Shown here: in pieces, positions 9,290 through 20,231 of the stretch | Layout of the letters: each line of letters opens with the position of its first letter | Position numbering within the stretch: position 1 is the stretch's first letter | Source of the DNA: Chloropicon primus | Taxonomy: Eukaryota | NCBI GenBank assembly: GCA_023205875.1 | Contig: CP060767.1 | Coordinates: 1-64,000 of the forward strand | Direction of reading: 5' to 3' | DNA length: 64,000 nt | Position numbers and translations under genes: made by a program | Notes under the pieces: model-generated | Told to the model about the DNA's origin: nothing | Seen by the model: the letters and a program-made list of their open reading frames with translations, nothing else | The model's database searches: none

Positions 9290-10363
9290 TCACACTTCCC
9301 GCTGGACCTCCGCGGGGAACAGGCCTCTCGACGGCGCGACCTTAGCGGACATCCAGCCCTTGGGCAGCACGCCCCCCCTCCCTTTTCCGATCGTCCTGGG
9401 CCAGGGGAGCCACCGCTCCGAGGCCTTCCTGAGGCAGACCAGGGCGGCCAGAAGCACGAGGGCTCCAAGGAAGGCCTTCACGAAGGATGAGGAGGTCAGG
9501 GGTTGCGAGGTGCCCAGGAGCAAGGGGTTCAGCGCGTACTGCATGGCCTTGAAGGCAAAGGTGGTCGTCGTCGCGGTGGTGGCCATCGTGGACGGCGAGA
9601 CGTTCTCCAGGGCGTCCGGGATGATCTCCGCGAAGGATATCCAGATCATGCACCCGGCCGCAAAGCCGGCGAAGAACGGGAACAGGGAGTGAAACACCTG
9701 CACGAACATGTACGCCGGGACCGCGAGCAGGGTCTGGGGAAGGGCCGTGAAGACGGTCCACAGCACCATGTCCCTCTTGCCCACGTTCTTGGAAGCGAGG
9801 ATCGTGGCGGTGGCGAGCCCCTCCGGGATGTTGTGGATCCCGATGGCCATGGTGATGAGCAGGCCCTTGGGGAAGCCCTGGGGGCCGGCGTACGACACGC
9901 CCACCCCGCAACCCTCGCCCACCGCGTGCAGGGTCATGATCCCCAGAAACAGAAGGATCTTCTTCGCGTCCATGCCCTTGAGGCCGATGAACTCCATCCC
10001 GTCGTCGTACTGGCTCAAGAATTTGTGGCTCCTGTCGATGAAGACCATCCCCGCCGCCAGGCCGACCACCAGCCAGGCGTTGTTGAGGCCCTCGCTCTCC
10101 TGGATCAGCGCGTAGCTCGCGGCGATCATCACCCCTATCGCCATGCTCTGCGCCACCCCCTCGCTGAACTTGTCCAGCCTGTCCGTGAAGAAGAAGGGCA
10201 CGGCCCCGAGCCCCGTGGTGAGCGCCATGACGAGCGTGCAGTAGAACACCGTTGCGGGCGACGTCGTCCCGTCGTAGCCCCCGTACTCCCCAGTCGTCGT
10301 CGTCGTCGTCGTCGTGCTGCCCCCGAGGCCGAGGCCTCCTGACCCAACCACGGGAGCGTCCAT
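9290..10363 (-). CDS. ZIP metal transporter (GufA/ZIP11, At3g08650-like), short copy
   Basis: TGLGAVPFFF, IMTLHAVGEGCGVGVS, IGIHNIPEGLA, GFAAGCMIWIS..EIIP; multiple TM helices. Confidence 0.9.
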   Translation of the reverse strand: MDAPVVGSGGLGLGGSTTTTTTTTGEYGGYDGTTSPATVFYCTLVMALTTGLGAVPFFFTDRLDKFSEGVAQSMAIGVMIAASYALIQESEGLNNAWLVVGLAAGMVFIDRSHKFLSQYDDGMEFIGLKGMDAKKILLFLGIMTLHAVGEGCGVGVSYAGPQGFPKGLLITMAIGIHNIPEGLATATILASKNVGKRDMVLWTVFTALPQTLLAVPAYMFVQVFHSLFPFFAGFAAGCMIWISFAEIIPDALENVSPSTMATTATTTTFAFKAMQYALNPLLLGTSQPLTSSSFVKAFLGALVLLAALVCLRKASERWLPWPRTIGKGRGGVLPKGWMSAKVAPSRGLFPAEVQREV

Positions 10364-11133
10364 CTTCGCAAGCGCTTGACTTGACTCCTCCGCGAGAGAC
10401 CACGCCAAGGTCGTGAGGTCGTGGTCGTGAGCGCGCGGTCCCCTCAAGCCTCTCCCCCCTCTCTCTTTCTCTTCGCTGTCTCGCCTCTCAGGCGGCGGTG
10501 CTCAGTGTTTGCCACACGGCGGAGTGCTGTGCTCTCGTTCGGTGGGCGTTACGACTCAAAGGCTGGAGTCGTCAGCTCCCAAAGATTGGCGGAGAGGGGA
10601 AGGCATCCCATGGACAAGACAAAGCCCAAGAGAGAAACGGAGGGAGGGAAACGACAAGTCTAAACCTTTCTCCCGTGTCACAAGGACAACGGGACCCCTG
10701 GCCCAGCGGTTTCCTTTCTCCATCCCTCCACTCACGACGTGGCGAAAGCTTGGGAGAGGGCGGAGGTTTTGCGGGTGAAGTCGTACATGCATGTGCCCGG
10801 CGGGTGGGTGAGCCCACGGGGTGGGGGACTCTTGGCCGACGACGTCGTCTTCAACAATGCGGCGGTTCCGGCTTCGGTGGAGGTGGCCAGGTAGACCCGA
10901 GCCTTCTTTGTTGCAGGGGGAGGACAGCCCTAAGGTGGTTTCTAAAACCTAAACCTGACAACCGCTAGGATACAAAACAAAAAATATATAATAAAACACT
11001 GGTTTACACACACTCGTTCGAGAAACCTCAACCTCTCGGAAGAAGCTCAAGAAGAAGGGCCAAGAGCCCCGTTGCTTTTGGTCCACACGCCTCGCCTCCC
11101 CTCCCCTCCCCTCTCCCTTTTCACGTCGCCTCG

Positions 11134-12813
11134 TTAGCCCAGCAGCATGTAGTCCAACGCGTACTGCATGGCCTTGAAGGCAAAGGTGGTCGTCGTCGTC
11201 GTCGTGGCCATCGTGGACGGCGAGACGTTCTCCAGGGCGTCCGGGACGATCTCCGCGAAGGATATCCAGATCATGCACCCGGCCGCAAAGCCGGCGAAGA
11301 ACGGGAACAGGGAGTGAAACACCTGCACGAACATGTACGCCGGGACCGCGAGCAGGGTCTGGGGAAGGGCCGTGAAGACGGTCCACAGCACCATGTCCCT
11401 CTTGCCCACGTTCTTGGAAGCGAGGATCGTGGCGGTGGCGAGCCCCTCCGGGATGTTGTGGATCCCGATGGCCATGGTGATGAGCAGGCCCTTGGGGAAG
11501 CCCTGGGGGCCGGCGTACGACACGCCCACCCCGCAACCCTCGCCCACCGCGTGCAGGGTCATGATCCCCAGAAACAGAAGGATCTTCTTCGCGTCCATGC
11601 CCTTGAGGCCGATGAACTCCATCCCGTCGTCGTACTGGCTCAAGAATTTGTGGCTCCTGTCGATGAAGACCATCCCCGCCGCCAGGCCGACCACCAGCCA
11701 GGCGTTGTTGAGGCCCTCGCTCTCCTGGATCAGCGCGTAGCTCGCGGCGATCATCACCCCTATCGCCATGCTCTGCGCCACCCCCTCGCTGGACTTGTCC
11801 AGCCTGTCCGTGAAGAAGAAGGGCACGGCCCCGAGCGCCGTGCAGAGGGCCATGACGAGCGTGCAGTAGAACACCGTCCACACGGAAGGCTTGTCCGCCG
11901 CCTCGCCGCCGCCCGCGGCCGCGTCCCCGTGCTCCCCGGGAACGATCCGCTGGCTGAAGTCGCTCAGGCCGACCACGAAAGAGGAGTGCTGAGTCTTTTC
12001 CAGGACTCCCGAGCCCTCCCAGCCGCCCGACTCCCTTTCACTCACTCTGAGGTCAGTCAGCCAATGCGCCGTCTCCCCCTTGCCGACCTTGATGAGGCTC
12101 GCCCTGAGCCTCGTGGTCTGGAGGCTCGTGACGTTCCTCCAGCTGTAGACGCTGGCGCTCGGCGCTTGGAACACCGAGGTGGGCCACACCCCGCCGTTCC
12201 CCCAGCTCGTGACCCTCGCCTGCCCTCGACCCCCCAGGGAGTCCAGCTTGTTGTACGTCAAGTCGCACGAGATGACGTCCTGGGAGGAGTTCCCCACGAA
12301 AGTCTGGAGCTTGTTCACGGTGTAGCACTCGTACAGCCCCCCGGCCTCGACCGCCCCGACGTGCACCTGCTCCACCTCCGGCGTGAAGTTCTGCGCGGGC
12401 TCGGACCCGGACAAGCCCCTGCACCGGATCGCCTTGATCTGGTCCTCGTACTCCAAGCTCGTGGGGCACATCGTGAGGACCGGGAACCTCTCCCGCCCCT
12501 GCTTGGAGGGAGTCTTGTCCATCCGAGTGGCGAGGAGCTCCGCCCCGTACGACGCCACCTTCTTCACCCTCTTCCCTTGGGACATCAGGCCGAGGAGGAC
12601 GGACTCCTCCAGCACCAGCACGCCGAGCACCACGACCATCAAGGTCGCCACCACCCGAGTGTTGAGCCACGACAACGACGACGACGACGACGACGAATTG
12701 TTGCGCTTCGTCGAAGCGGCGTTGAGGGATCGGACCCTTGGGCTGGCGGGCCCGGCGGATGGCCTCCGGGGGCTCCCCGGTCCCTCGCTCGCGGTGTTTA
12801 TGCTCAAGCTCAT
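11134..12813 (-). CDS. ZIP metal transporter paralog with extra N-terminal TM and luminal domain
   Basis: Same ZIP core as 9290-10363, preceded in frame by ~310 aa; first in-frame ATG at 12813 (the ORF-track start at 12873 is GTG). Confidence 0.88.
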   Translation of the reverse strand: MSLSINTASEGPGSPRRPSAGPASPRVRSLNAASTKRNNSSSSSSSLSWLNTRVVATLMVVVLGVLVLEESVLLGLMSQGKRVKKVASYGAELLATRMDKTPSKQGRERFPVLTMCPTSLEYEDQIKAIRCRGLSGSEPAQNFTPEVEQVHVGAVEAGGLYECYTVNKLQTFVGNSSQDVISCDLTYNKLDSLGGRGQARVTSWGNGGVWPTSVFQAPSASVYSWRNVTSLQTTRLRASLIKVGKGETAHWLTDLRVSERESGGWEGSGVLEKTQHSSFVVGLSDFSQRIVPGEHGDAAAGGGEAADKPSVWTVFYCTLVMALCTALGAVPFFFTDRLDKSSEGVAQSMAIGVMIAASYALIQESEGLNNAWLVVGLAAGMVFIDRSHKFLSQYDDGMEFIGLKGMDAKKILLFLGIMTLHAVGEGCGVGVSYAGPQGFPKGLLITMAIGIHNIPEGLATATILASKNVGKRDMVLWTVFTALPQTLLAVPAYMFVQVFHSLFPFFAGFAAGCMIWISFAEIVPDALENVSPSTMATTTTTTTFAFKAMQYALDYMLLG

Positions 12814-13297
12814 AAAATCCAGGAGGTCTTTTCTTTGTGTCTTTGTGTTGTGTCGTGCGTTCTCTTCATGCACCTCTTCCTCTTTGTCCCTCTCTTTCTC
12901 TCTTGTAGTAAGAAGAAAAAGGTCTAGGTCTTGTTCATTTTGTTCCCCATTGTTTCAAGTCGTCCTGGATTCCTTTCTGTGTCTTGTGTCTTGTGGAATC
13001 GTAATGTGTTATGTGTGTGTTGTGTGTGTGTGTTGTTGTTCCCTTGGTCGTCCATCCAGTCCTTCCTCTTCTTCTTCCTCTTCCTCTTCCTCTTCCTCTT
13101 TGTCTCTGTCTGTCTGCACAAAGATGGAGGTCTTGGTATCTTGGTTTCTTAGGATTGTAGTTCATGAATCGAGACTAGAACACATGACAGAATACAATTA
13201 GGACAATTAGGACAACGGAGAAGGGCGGGAGGAACAGGAGCACACGAACACACGAACACACGAACACAGGACACAGGAAGAGGATCCTGCATTCATT

Positions 13298-13369
13298 CAA
13301 CCATGAACCACACGAACAACCATGAACCACACGAACAACCATGAACCACACGAACCCCCATGAACCCAC
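13298..13369. repeat. 19-bp minisatellite (CAACCATGAACCACACGAA) x ~3.6
   Basis: Copies start at 13298, 13317 and 13336, with a partial copy at 13355. Confidence 0.85.
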
Positions 13370-14136
13370 TTGCCCCCACGATCCCGATCCCCGGGGAGGA
13401 GGGACGATCCGATCCGATCCCCAGATGGCCCCCATGTGAGGCCATGGCCCCCTCTCCTCCCCCGGCCCCGGCCCGGTCCTCCCGTCTCGTCTCGTGTCGT
13501 GTCGTGTCGTGGTGTGTGGCAAGGCCTGGTCCTGTCCTGTCCTCCCTCCCCCTCGGTCCCTCGGTCTCTCGGTCTGTGGGCTCTGTCCAGGCTATATGTT
13601 GGGGAAAGGCGGCTGGTGTTCGTGTTCTGTGTAGATTTCCTTTGTTGTATGTTCTTAGGTTTTGCAAACCCACGTACGGTGTGTTGTGTAGAAACCCCGC
13701 TTGTTTTTTCTACTTTCTACTTTCCCCTCCTCCTTCGTTGTGACGGTTCGTACCCCAAGACGGGAAAACCACACGACACGACACGACGACGCGAGCCGAG
13801 CCGAGCGCGCGAGGAGGAGGGGAGGAAGAGGAAGAGGAGAGAGGAAGAGGAGAGAGGAAGAGGAGAGAGGAAGAGACTCGGCCTACGGAGGAGGCTAGGA
13901 CGAGGGGGAACAAAACAAAGCAAAACAACACACACAACACGCAGGACTCGGGGTCGGGATCGTGCCTTCAGTCATTCCTTCGTTCGTTTGGATTGAATTG
14001 AATAGTGAAGAGGGAAGAGGGAAGAGGGAAGAGGGAAGAGGGAAGTGGGTTTCGTTCGTTGTTCGCACAACACAACACAACACAAACAAGAAGAAAAGAA
14101 ACAAAACAGACAGGAGTTGACTTGAACTTGGACTTG

Positions 14137-14907
14137 ATGGATCCGGAGCAGCAGTTGGATATGGCGTTGGACGACGTGGTGGACCAGAGCAAGGCGGTGG
14201 GGTACGGAGCACCAGGTGGAATGGAGGCCGGAGCCGAAGGGCACGGGCAGGTGGAGACCATCACGGTGGGAAAGCGCTGCTACGTGGGGAACTTGTCGTG
14301 GCGCACGTCCTGGCAGGACCTCAAGGATCACTTCCGTCAGGTCGGGAACGTCGTGTTCGCGGAGGTCATGATGGAGCCAGGAAGCGAGAGGAGGAGCAAA
14401 GGGTGCGGAATCGTCGAGTTCGAGACCCCGGAGGAGGCGGCCCGCGCCATCGTGGAGCTGCACGACTCGGTGCTGGAGGGCAGGAAGATCATGGTGAGGG
14501 AGGACAGGGAGGACTACGAGCTCAAGAGGAGGGGCCAGGGCGGCGGCGGCGGCGGAGGCGGCTACGGACAGAGGCCACCGAGGGAGCCCAGGCAACCCCG
14601 CCACTACGGAGGTGGAGGTGGCGGCATGGGCGGCGGACAGGGCAAGAGGATCTTCGTGTCCAACTTGGCCTGGGAGACCAGCTGGCAAGACCTCAAGGAC
14701 CACTTCAAGCAGAGTGGAAACGTCGTGTACGCCGACGTCATGAAGAGCGGAGAGAGGAGCAAGGGGTGCGGAATCGTCGAGTTTGACACCGCCGAGGAAG
14801 CCTCGCAAGCCATCGCCGACCTGAACGAGAGCGTCTTGCACGACAGGAACATCCTGGTCAGAGAGGACAGGGAGGAGGGAAGAGGAGGAAGGGGAGGAAG
14901 GTACTAG
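14137..14907 (+). CDS. GBP1: Two-RRM G-strand-binding protein, Gbp1/Gbp2-like
   Basis: GKRCYVGNLSWRTSWQDLKDHF...SKGCGIVEF...VREDRE occurs twice with a Gly-rich linker and RGG tail; matches the architecture of Chlamydomonas Gbp1p. Confidence 0.85.
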   Translation: MDPEQQLDMALDDVVDQSKAVGYGAPGGMEAGAEGHGQVETITVGKRCYVGNLSWRTSWQDLKDHFRQVGNVVFAEVMMEPGSERRSKGCGIVEFETPEEAARAIVELHDSVLEGRKIMVREDREDYELKRRGQGGGGGGGGYGQRPPREPRQPRHYGGGGGGMGGGQGKRIFVSNLAWETSWQDLKDHFKQSGNVVYADVMKSGERSKGCGIVEFDTAEEASQAIADLNESVLHDRNILVREDREEGRGGRGGRY

Positions 14908-15462
14908 AGAGCACCTGAACCTGAAGAGGAGGAGGCCTTCCGCGCGACAAGACGACTACCTTTAGAGAAGAAGAAGAAGAAGAAGAAGAAAATCACAGGG
15001 AGGCTGTTTGGTTTGGATAAACAACGAAACGAAACGAGAAACGAAAGAGTTTTTTGGTTGGTTATGAATTACAAAAAGGAAAGACGTAAGATATAGGATA
15101 TAATATATCGGATATAGTCAAACATAGTCCTACCAGGCACCTCCCTCCCTCCCCCCTCCCATTGTCTCTGTGTTCCTGTTCCCCCCTCTCTCTCTGCTGG
15201 CAGGCAGGCAGGCAGGCGGCCCTCAAACAACAAACAACAACAAACGACGACGACGACGACGACGACGGACGGGGTTCTCGGCACACCAACGCGACACGAC
15301 ACGACACGAGAGGAGGGGGAGGAGGAGGACGCACGATACACACGTCACGACACGTCACGGGACACGGCCTGGTCCTGGCGCCCGGATCAAACGCAACACA
15401 CTCGAGAAAGCTGAGAACGAGATCATTGATTGATTGGTTGATTGATTGGTTGATTGGTTGTG

Positions 15463-16573
15463 ATGACGAGAGGAGAGGAGGAGGAGTCTGGTTGCGATGC
15501 GACGACCGCCGGCAGGGGAGAGGCGAATGGCGAGGCGGAGGGTCCTGCAGTTCCGGAGGAAGGCGGAGGGTTGGGCGACCTTCCCGGTTCTGACATGAGC
15601 AAGGAGGAGATCCGAGCCCAGGCCCAGGCGGCTGTTTTGGGAAAGCTGAGCAAGGAGGAGGAGGAGGAGAGGTCGAGGAGGAACAAGGAGATGCTTCCGA
15701 GTGAGAAGAACCTCGGGCACATGACGATCGACGAGAAGTACGACTTCGCGAGGCAGTACAAGGAAGCTGGGAACACTTTCTTCAAGGAGGGAAAGTACGA
15801 GTTCGCTTTGAAGAACTACCAGGAGACCATAACGTACTTGAGGCACGGCCTGAGGATGGGGGAGGTCGACAGCGAAGGCGTCCCCTTCGCGGCCAGGGCC
15901 AACGGACTGGATCCCGAATCCAAGAGAATTATCTCGAGCTGCCACTCCAACATGGCGGCCTGCGCTCTCAAGCTGGAGCGCTACCACGAGGTGATCAAAC
16001 ACGCGACGAGCGCCCTGGACATGGACCTGAAAGGTAGGAGAGGACCCATCCGCAGGTGAATGGGAGTGAGTCTGAGGCCCAGGCACGTGCTGACTTTTGT
16101 CTTTCCATTGTTCCACGACGGCAGAGGGGGCGAAGGCCAAGGCACTCTTCAGGAGGTCCAAGGCGTACCACTACGAAGGAAAACTGGAGGCGGCGTACTC
16201 CGATATCTGCGACGCGAAGAAGATCGACCCCAGCGACAAGGCGGTGGTCGCCCAATACAGCGCCGTAGCAAAGGAGTACAGGGAGCTGAAGAGGCAGGAG
16301 CACGAGGCGGCGAAGACGCTTTGGAAGGGGAAGCTGCAGGAGCAGCCCGGGGAGGACGGGGCCGCCAAGGCGGTGAAGACAGAAAGCAAGGTTGGTGCCC
16401 AAGCTGCCGGAGATGGTGGTGGTGGATCCCGGAGCGACTCTCCGGGGGGGGAGGGGGGAATAGGCAGCCTCTTGTCCCTGAATTTCTTGTGGAAGGCCCT
16501 GAGGGGCCTCTTCGGCGCCCTCTTCGGGAAGCCAACGGAAGGTGACAAGATGCCTAAAAAATCAAAAAATTAA
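15463..16573 (+). CDS. TPR-domain co-chaperone-like protein (FKBP/Cyp40-type TPR); exons 15463-16033 and 16125-16573
   Basis: KEAGNTFFKEGKY..A...Y, SNMAACALKL..Y, KALFRRSKA; GT-AG intron 16034-16124 with GCTGAC branch point restores the frame. Confidence 0.85.
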
Positions 16574-16794
16574 TCATGGTTTCAGGTTTAGGTGTACTGT
16601 ATCGGTTCCAGGCTTGCAACGACGATGCAATTCCTCTTCCTTTCACCGGTTTCGACCGTCATCGTCACCATCGAGGATGGACTTGTCTCTACAAACGATG
16701 TTGTCTGGCCTTCCCCTGTTTGTTCCTTTCCCACTGAAGATGAAGACGGACACTGATCTCCCGTCCTTGTTTCTGTCCTGTCGTGCTATGTTCT

Positions 16795-16895
16795 GTTATG
16801 TTATGGTTATGTTATGGTTATGTTATGGTTATGTTATGGTTATGTTATGGTTATGTTATGGTTATGTTATGGTTATGTTATGGTTATGTTATGGT
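16795..16895. repeat. 11-bp minisatellite (GTTATGGTTAT)n, ~9 copies
   Basis: Directly visible tandem array upstream of PYD1. Confidence 0.9.
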
Positions 16896-17170
16896 TCCCC
16901 CTCCCCCGCCAGCAAGGCCCGTGTCGTGGATCTCGTGACCCTCCTCGGCTTTGGCTCCTGGCCGATATTTTGTTCGTCCCCGTGTTCCTCCGTTGTTCTC
17001 GTGTTACGGTTGTCTTCGTCCTGGTCCTGGTCCTGGTCCTGGTCCTGGTGTTGGTGTTGGTTAAGAGAATGACCTTCCCTTCTCGCGCCTCTCCTCAGGT
17101 GACGTGGAATTCCCTGGCCGAAAAAGGAAAAGGAAAAGGAACGAACACCCAGGCGGCCACACCAACAACA

Positions 17171-17206
<36 letters not shown>

Positions 17207-17232
17207 GAGACAGGACGTGACGTGACGTGAGG

Positions 17233-18884
17233 ATGAACAACAGGGTGGTGAGCAACAGGGGGAGGAACGGCGTCGTCGGGACGCAGAACAGGAGGAACCT
17301 CGTCAGGGCGCAAGCGGCAAAGAAGCCAAAGCAGAGGAACATATTCGAAGGAAAGAGGCCATGGGTGGAGCTGGTAAGAAGAACAACAAGAGAGGAGGCG
17401 AAGGGGAGCGCGCACTCCGTCTCCCTCCCTCTCCCGCTCTCTCTCTCCCGCTCTCTCGCGTGCTCTCTCTGCCGAGGAGAGGAGAGGAGTGGGTTTAGAA
17501 AAAAGCCTTTTGGGTTCGTTTGGGTTTCCCTTTTTTGGCAGCTCGCCTCGCAGCTTCTGACTCCCTTTCCCATTCGTCCCTCGTCTCGTTTCCTCGACTG
17601 GACTGGACTCGACTGGACAATTCTTTTCTTTTCTTTTTCTTCTCGTGTTCGTGTTTGTTCGTGGATGGGTGGCGCTCCTTGCTTCCTTGCTTCCTTGCTT
17701 TGCTCCTTGCTTTGCTTTTTGTGCCTTTGTTGTAGGTGGACGGCAAGCCAGTGAACGGTCCTGACCTGAGCTGCGTGGTGGACGGCGTGAAGTTCCCCAA
17801 CCCCTTCGTCATTGGCTCTGGGCCACCAGGAACCAACTACCACGTGATGAAGAAGGCCTTTGACGAGGGCTGGGGAGGAGTCATCGCCAAGACCGTGACC
17901 TTGGACTCCAGCAAGGTGATCAACGTGACCCCACGTTACGCGAGAATGAAGAGCAGCAGCAACCAGAAGGAGGTGATCGGCTGGGAGAACATCGAGTTGG
18001 TCAGCGACAGGCCTTTCGAGAAGATGATGGCCGAGTTCAAGAGGCTCAAGGACGAGTACCCGGACAGAGTCCTCATCGCTTCCATTATGGAGGAGTACAA
18101 CAAGGACGCCTGGGAGGAGCTCATCGGGAGGTGCGAGGAGTGCGGAGTCGACATTTTCGAGCTCAACTTCTCTTGCCCTCACGGTATGCCAGAGAGGAGA
18201 ATGGGAGCAGCCATGGGCCAGGACTGCGACCTCTTGGAGGAGGTCTGCGGCTGGGTGAACGACGCCGCGAACATCCCTGTGTGGGCCAAGATGACCCCTA
18301 ACATCACCGACATCACCAACCCTGGTAAGGTCGCCTTGGACGCCGGGCTCGAGGGTCTTGCCGCCATCAACACCATCCAGTCTGTCATGGGAGTCAACTT
18401 GGACACCCTCAGGCCAGAGCCATGCGTGGAGGGCTACAGCACCCCAGGAGGATACAGCAGCAAGGCCGTCAAGCCCATCGCCCTCGCCAAGGTCATGTCC
18501 CTCGCCACCATGATCAAGGAGAAGTACAACGGCGGCAAGACTCTTTCCGGAATCGGAGGCGTGGAGACCGGAAACGACGCCGTCGAGTTCATGCTCTTGG
18601 GCTGCGACACCGTCCAGGTTTGCACCGGCGTGATGATCCACGGCTACCCCCTTGTCCAGAACTTGTGCGCCGAGGTCCAGGAGTTCATGACCCAGCACGA
18701 CTTCAAGTCCATTGACGACTTCAGGGGAGCCTCCTTGCCTTTCTTCACTTCTCACACCCACTTGGTGCAGCTTCAGAGGGAGGCGGCCGAGGCGAAGAAG
18801 GCTGCCAAGGTTGGCCTCAAGAGTGACGCCGAGTGGACTGGGGATGGGTTCACCTCCGAGACCGAGTCGATGGTCTCCAACTAA
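17233..18884 (+). CDS. PYD1: Dihydropyrimidine dehydrogenase, plastid type; exons 17233-17373 and 17736-18884
   Basis: FPNPFVIGSGPPGTNY.VMKKAFDEGWG, NFSCPHGMPER.MG, WAKMTPNITDI, GGYSSKAV; GTAAG...TGTAG intron 17374-17735 joins an Arg-rich transit-like exon. Confidence 0.93.
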
Positions 18885-18986
18885 AACGTAATTATTCTTT
18901 CTTTAACTAGACTTCAATAAAAACTCTTTCAAGCAACGCCGGCAGGCGCGGGCTCCCGTTGTTCCTTGTCGATGGTGGTGATGGAC

Positions 18987-19712
18987 TCAAAGCGCGCTGA
19001 GCTGTTCCGGCCTCGTCTCCTTGGCCAGGGAGGAGATTTGCTTGAACTTGGGGTGCTTGGCGTCCCCCACAAGCTCGAAGGTAGCCATCTCCGAGGTGCA
19101 GAAGAAGACCCCTGGCAGCTGGCTTAGCCTCCTCAACGCCGTGCTCCGGTCCACCTCCCGTTGCGAGCTCACTCCATCGACACAGAGGTGGACCTCCACG
19201 TTGTGCTTCTCCACGAGGTCGAGGCACGTCTGGTACACGCACACGTGGGTCTCGATCCCGCACAGGAGCACCTGACCAATCCCACCCTTCGCCGCGAAAG
19301 CCGTCTCCAGCTCCGGCGTGCACATCGAGAACATGGTCTTGGAGAAGACCTCCGCCTGGCCCAGGTCCTTGGCGATCTCAGGGACGGTGTGGCCGAGGGC
19401 CTGCGTTGGGGAGAAGAGGGAAGCAAGCAAGCAAACGCAAACGCAAACAAGACGTCAGTCACTCCCGCCTCTCACCGGAAGGAGGCCGCGAAACAACTCA
19501 ACTCCATCTCTCTCCATCCATGGACTGACCTTCGGGTATTGTTCTGTGACGAAGACGGGAAGGTCAAGAACGTTCGCCGCCCTGACCATACGCGAGGTCG
19601 TCTCGATGACCGCCGGCATGTGGTGAATGAGGCCTCTGAACTTTTCCTGGACGTCGCACACGAAGAGTGCGCAACCATTCGCGCGGAGTCTCCCCATCCT
19701 CGCAGCAGCCAT
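18987..19712 (-). CDS. Isochorismatase-domain protein (ISOC2-like); exons 19712-19530 and 19400-18987
   Basis: ALFVCDVQEKFR, TEQYPK|ALGHTV, KTMFSM, GIETHVCVYQT; in-frame GT-AG intron 19401-19529 with ACTGAC branch point. Confidence 0.9.
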
Positions 19713-19728
19713 GGCTCGTGCTTTTGGG

Positions 19729-20231
19729 GAGCATCAGCATCAGCCTCAGCAGGAGGGGGAAGAAAGGTCAGCATCAGCATCAGCATCAGCATCAGCAGGA
19801 GGGGGAAGAAAGGTCAGCATCAGCATCAGCATCAGCATCAGCAGGAGGGGGAAGAAAGGTCAGCATCAGCATCAGCATCAGCCTCAGCAGGAGGGGGAAG
19901 AAAGGTCAGCATCAGCATCAGCATCAGCCTCAGCAGGAGGGGGAAGAAAGGTCAGCATCAGCATCAGCATCAGCATCAGCAGGAGGGGGAAGAAAGGTCA
20001 GCATCAGCATCAGCATCAGCCTCAGCAGGAGGGGGAAGAAAGGTCAGCATCAGCATCAGCATCAGCATCAGCAGGAGGGGGAAGAAAGGTCAGCATCAGC
20101 ATCAGCATCAGCCTCAGCAGGAGGGGGAAGAAAGGTCAGCATCAGCATCAGCATCAGCCTCAGCAGGAGGGGGAAGAAAGGTCAGCATCAGCATCAGCAT
20201 CAGCCTCAGCAGGAGGGGGAAGAAAGGTCAG
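19729..20231. repeat. 46-bp minisatellite, 11 copies: (CAGCAT)3 CAGC(A/C)T CAGCAGGAGGGGGAAGAAAGGT
   Basis: The CAGCAGGAGGGGG core recurs every 46 bp from 19747 to 20207; one A/C polymorphic site. Confidence 0.95.

Noticed and set aside
12900..14130. Hidden CDS or ncRNA in the long ZIP-GBP1 intergenic region
   Set aside because: Dominated by simple repeats; no tRNA/snoRNA structure or coding signal identified.
14137..14907. Functional meaning in GBP1 lying close to the telomere
   Set aside because: No mechanism links locus position to function; likely coincidence on a small chromosome.
19729..20231. CRISPR-like array
   Set aside because: No unique spacers, no cas genes, eukaryotic context; it is a plain minisatellite.
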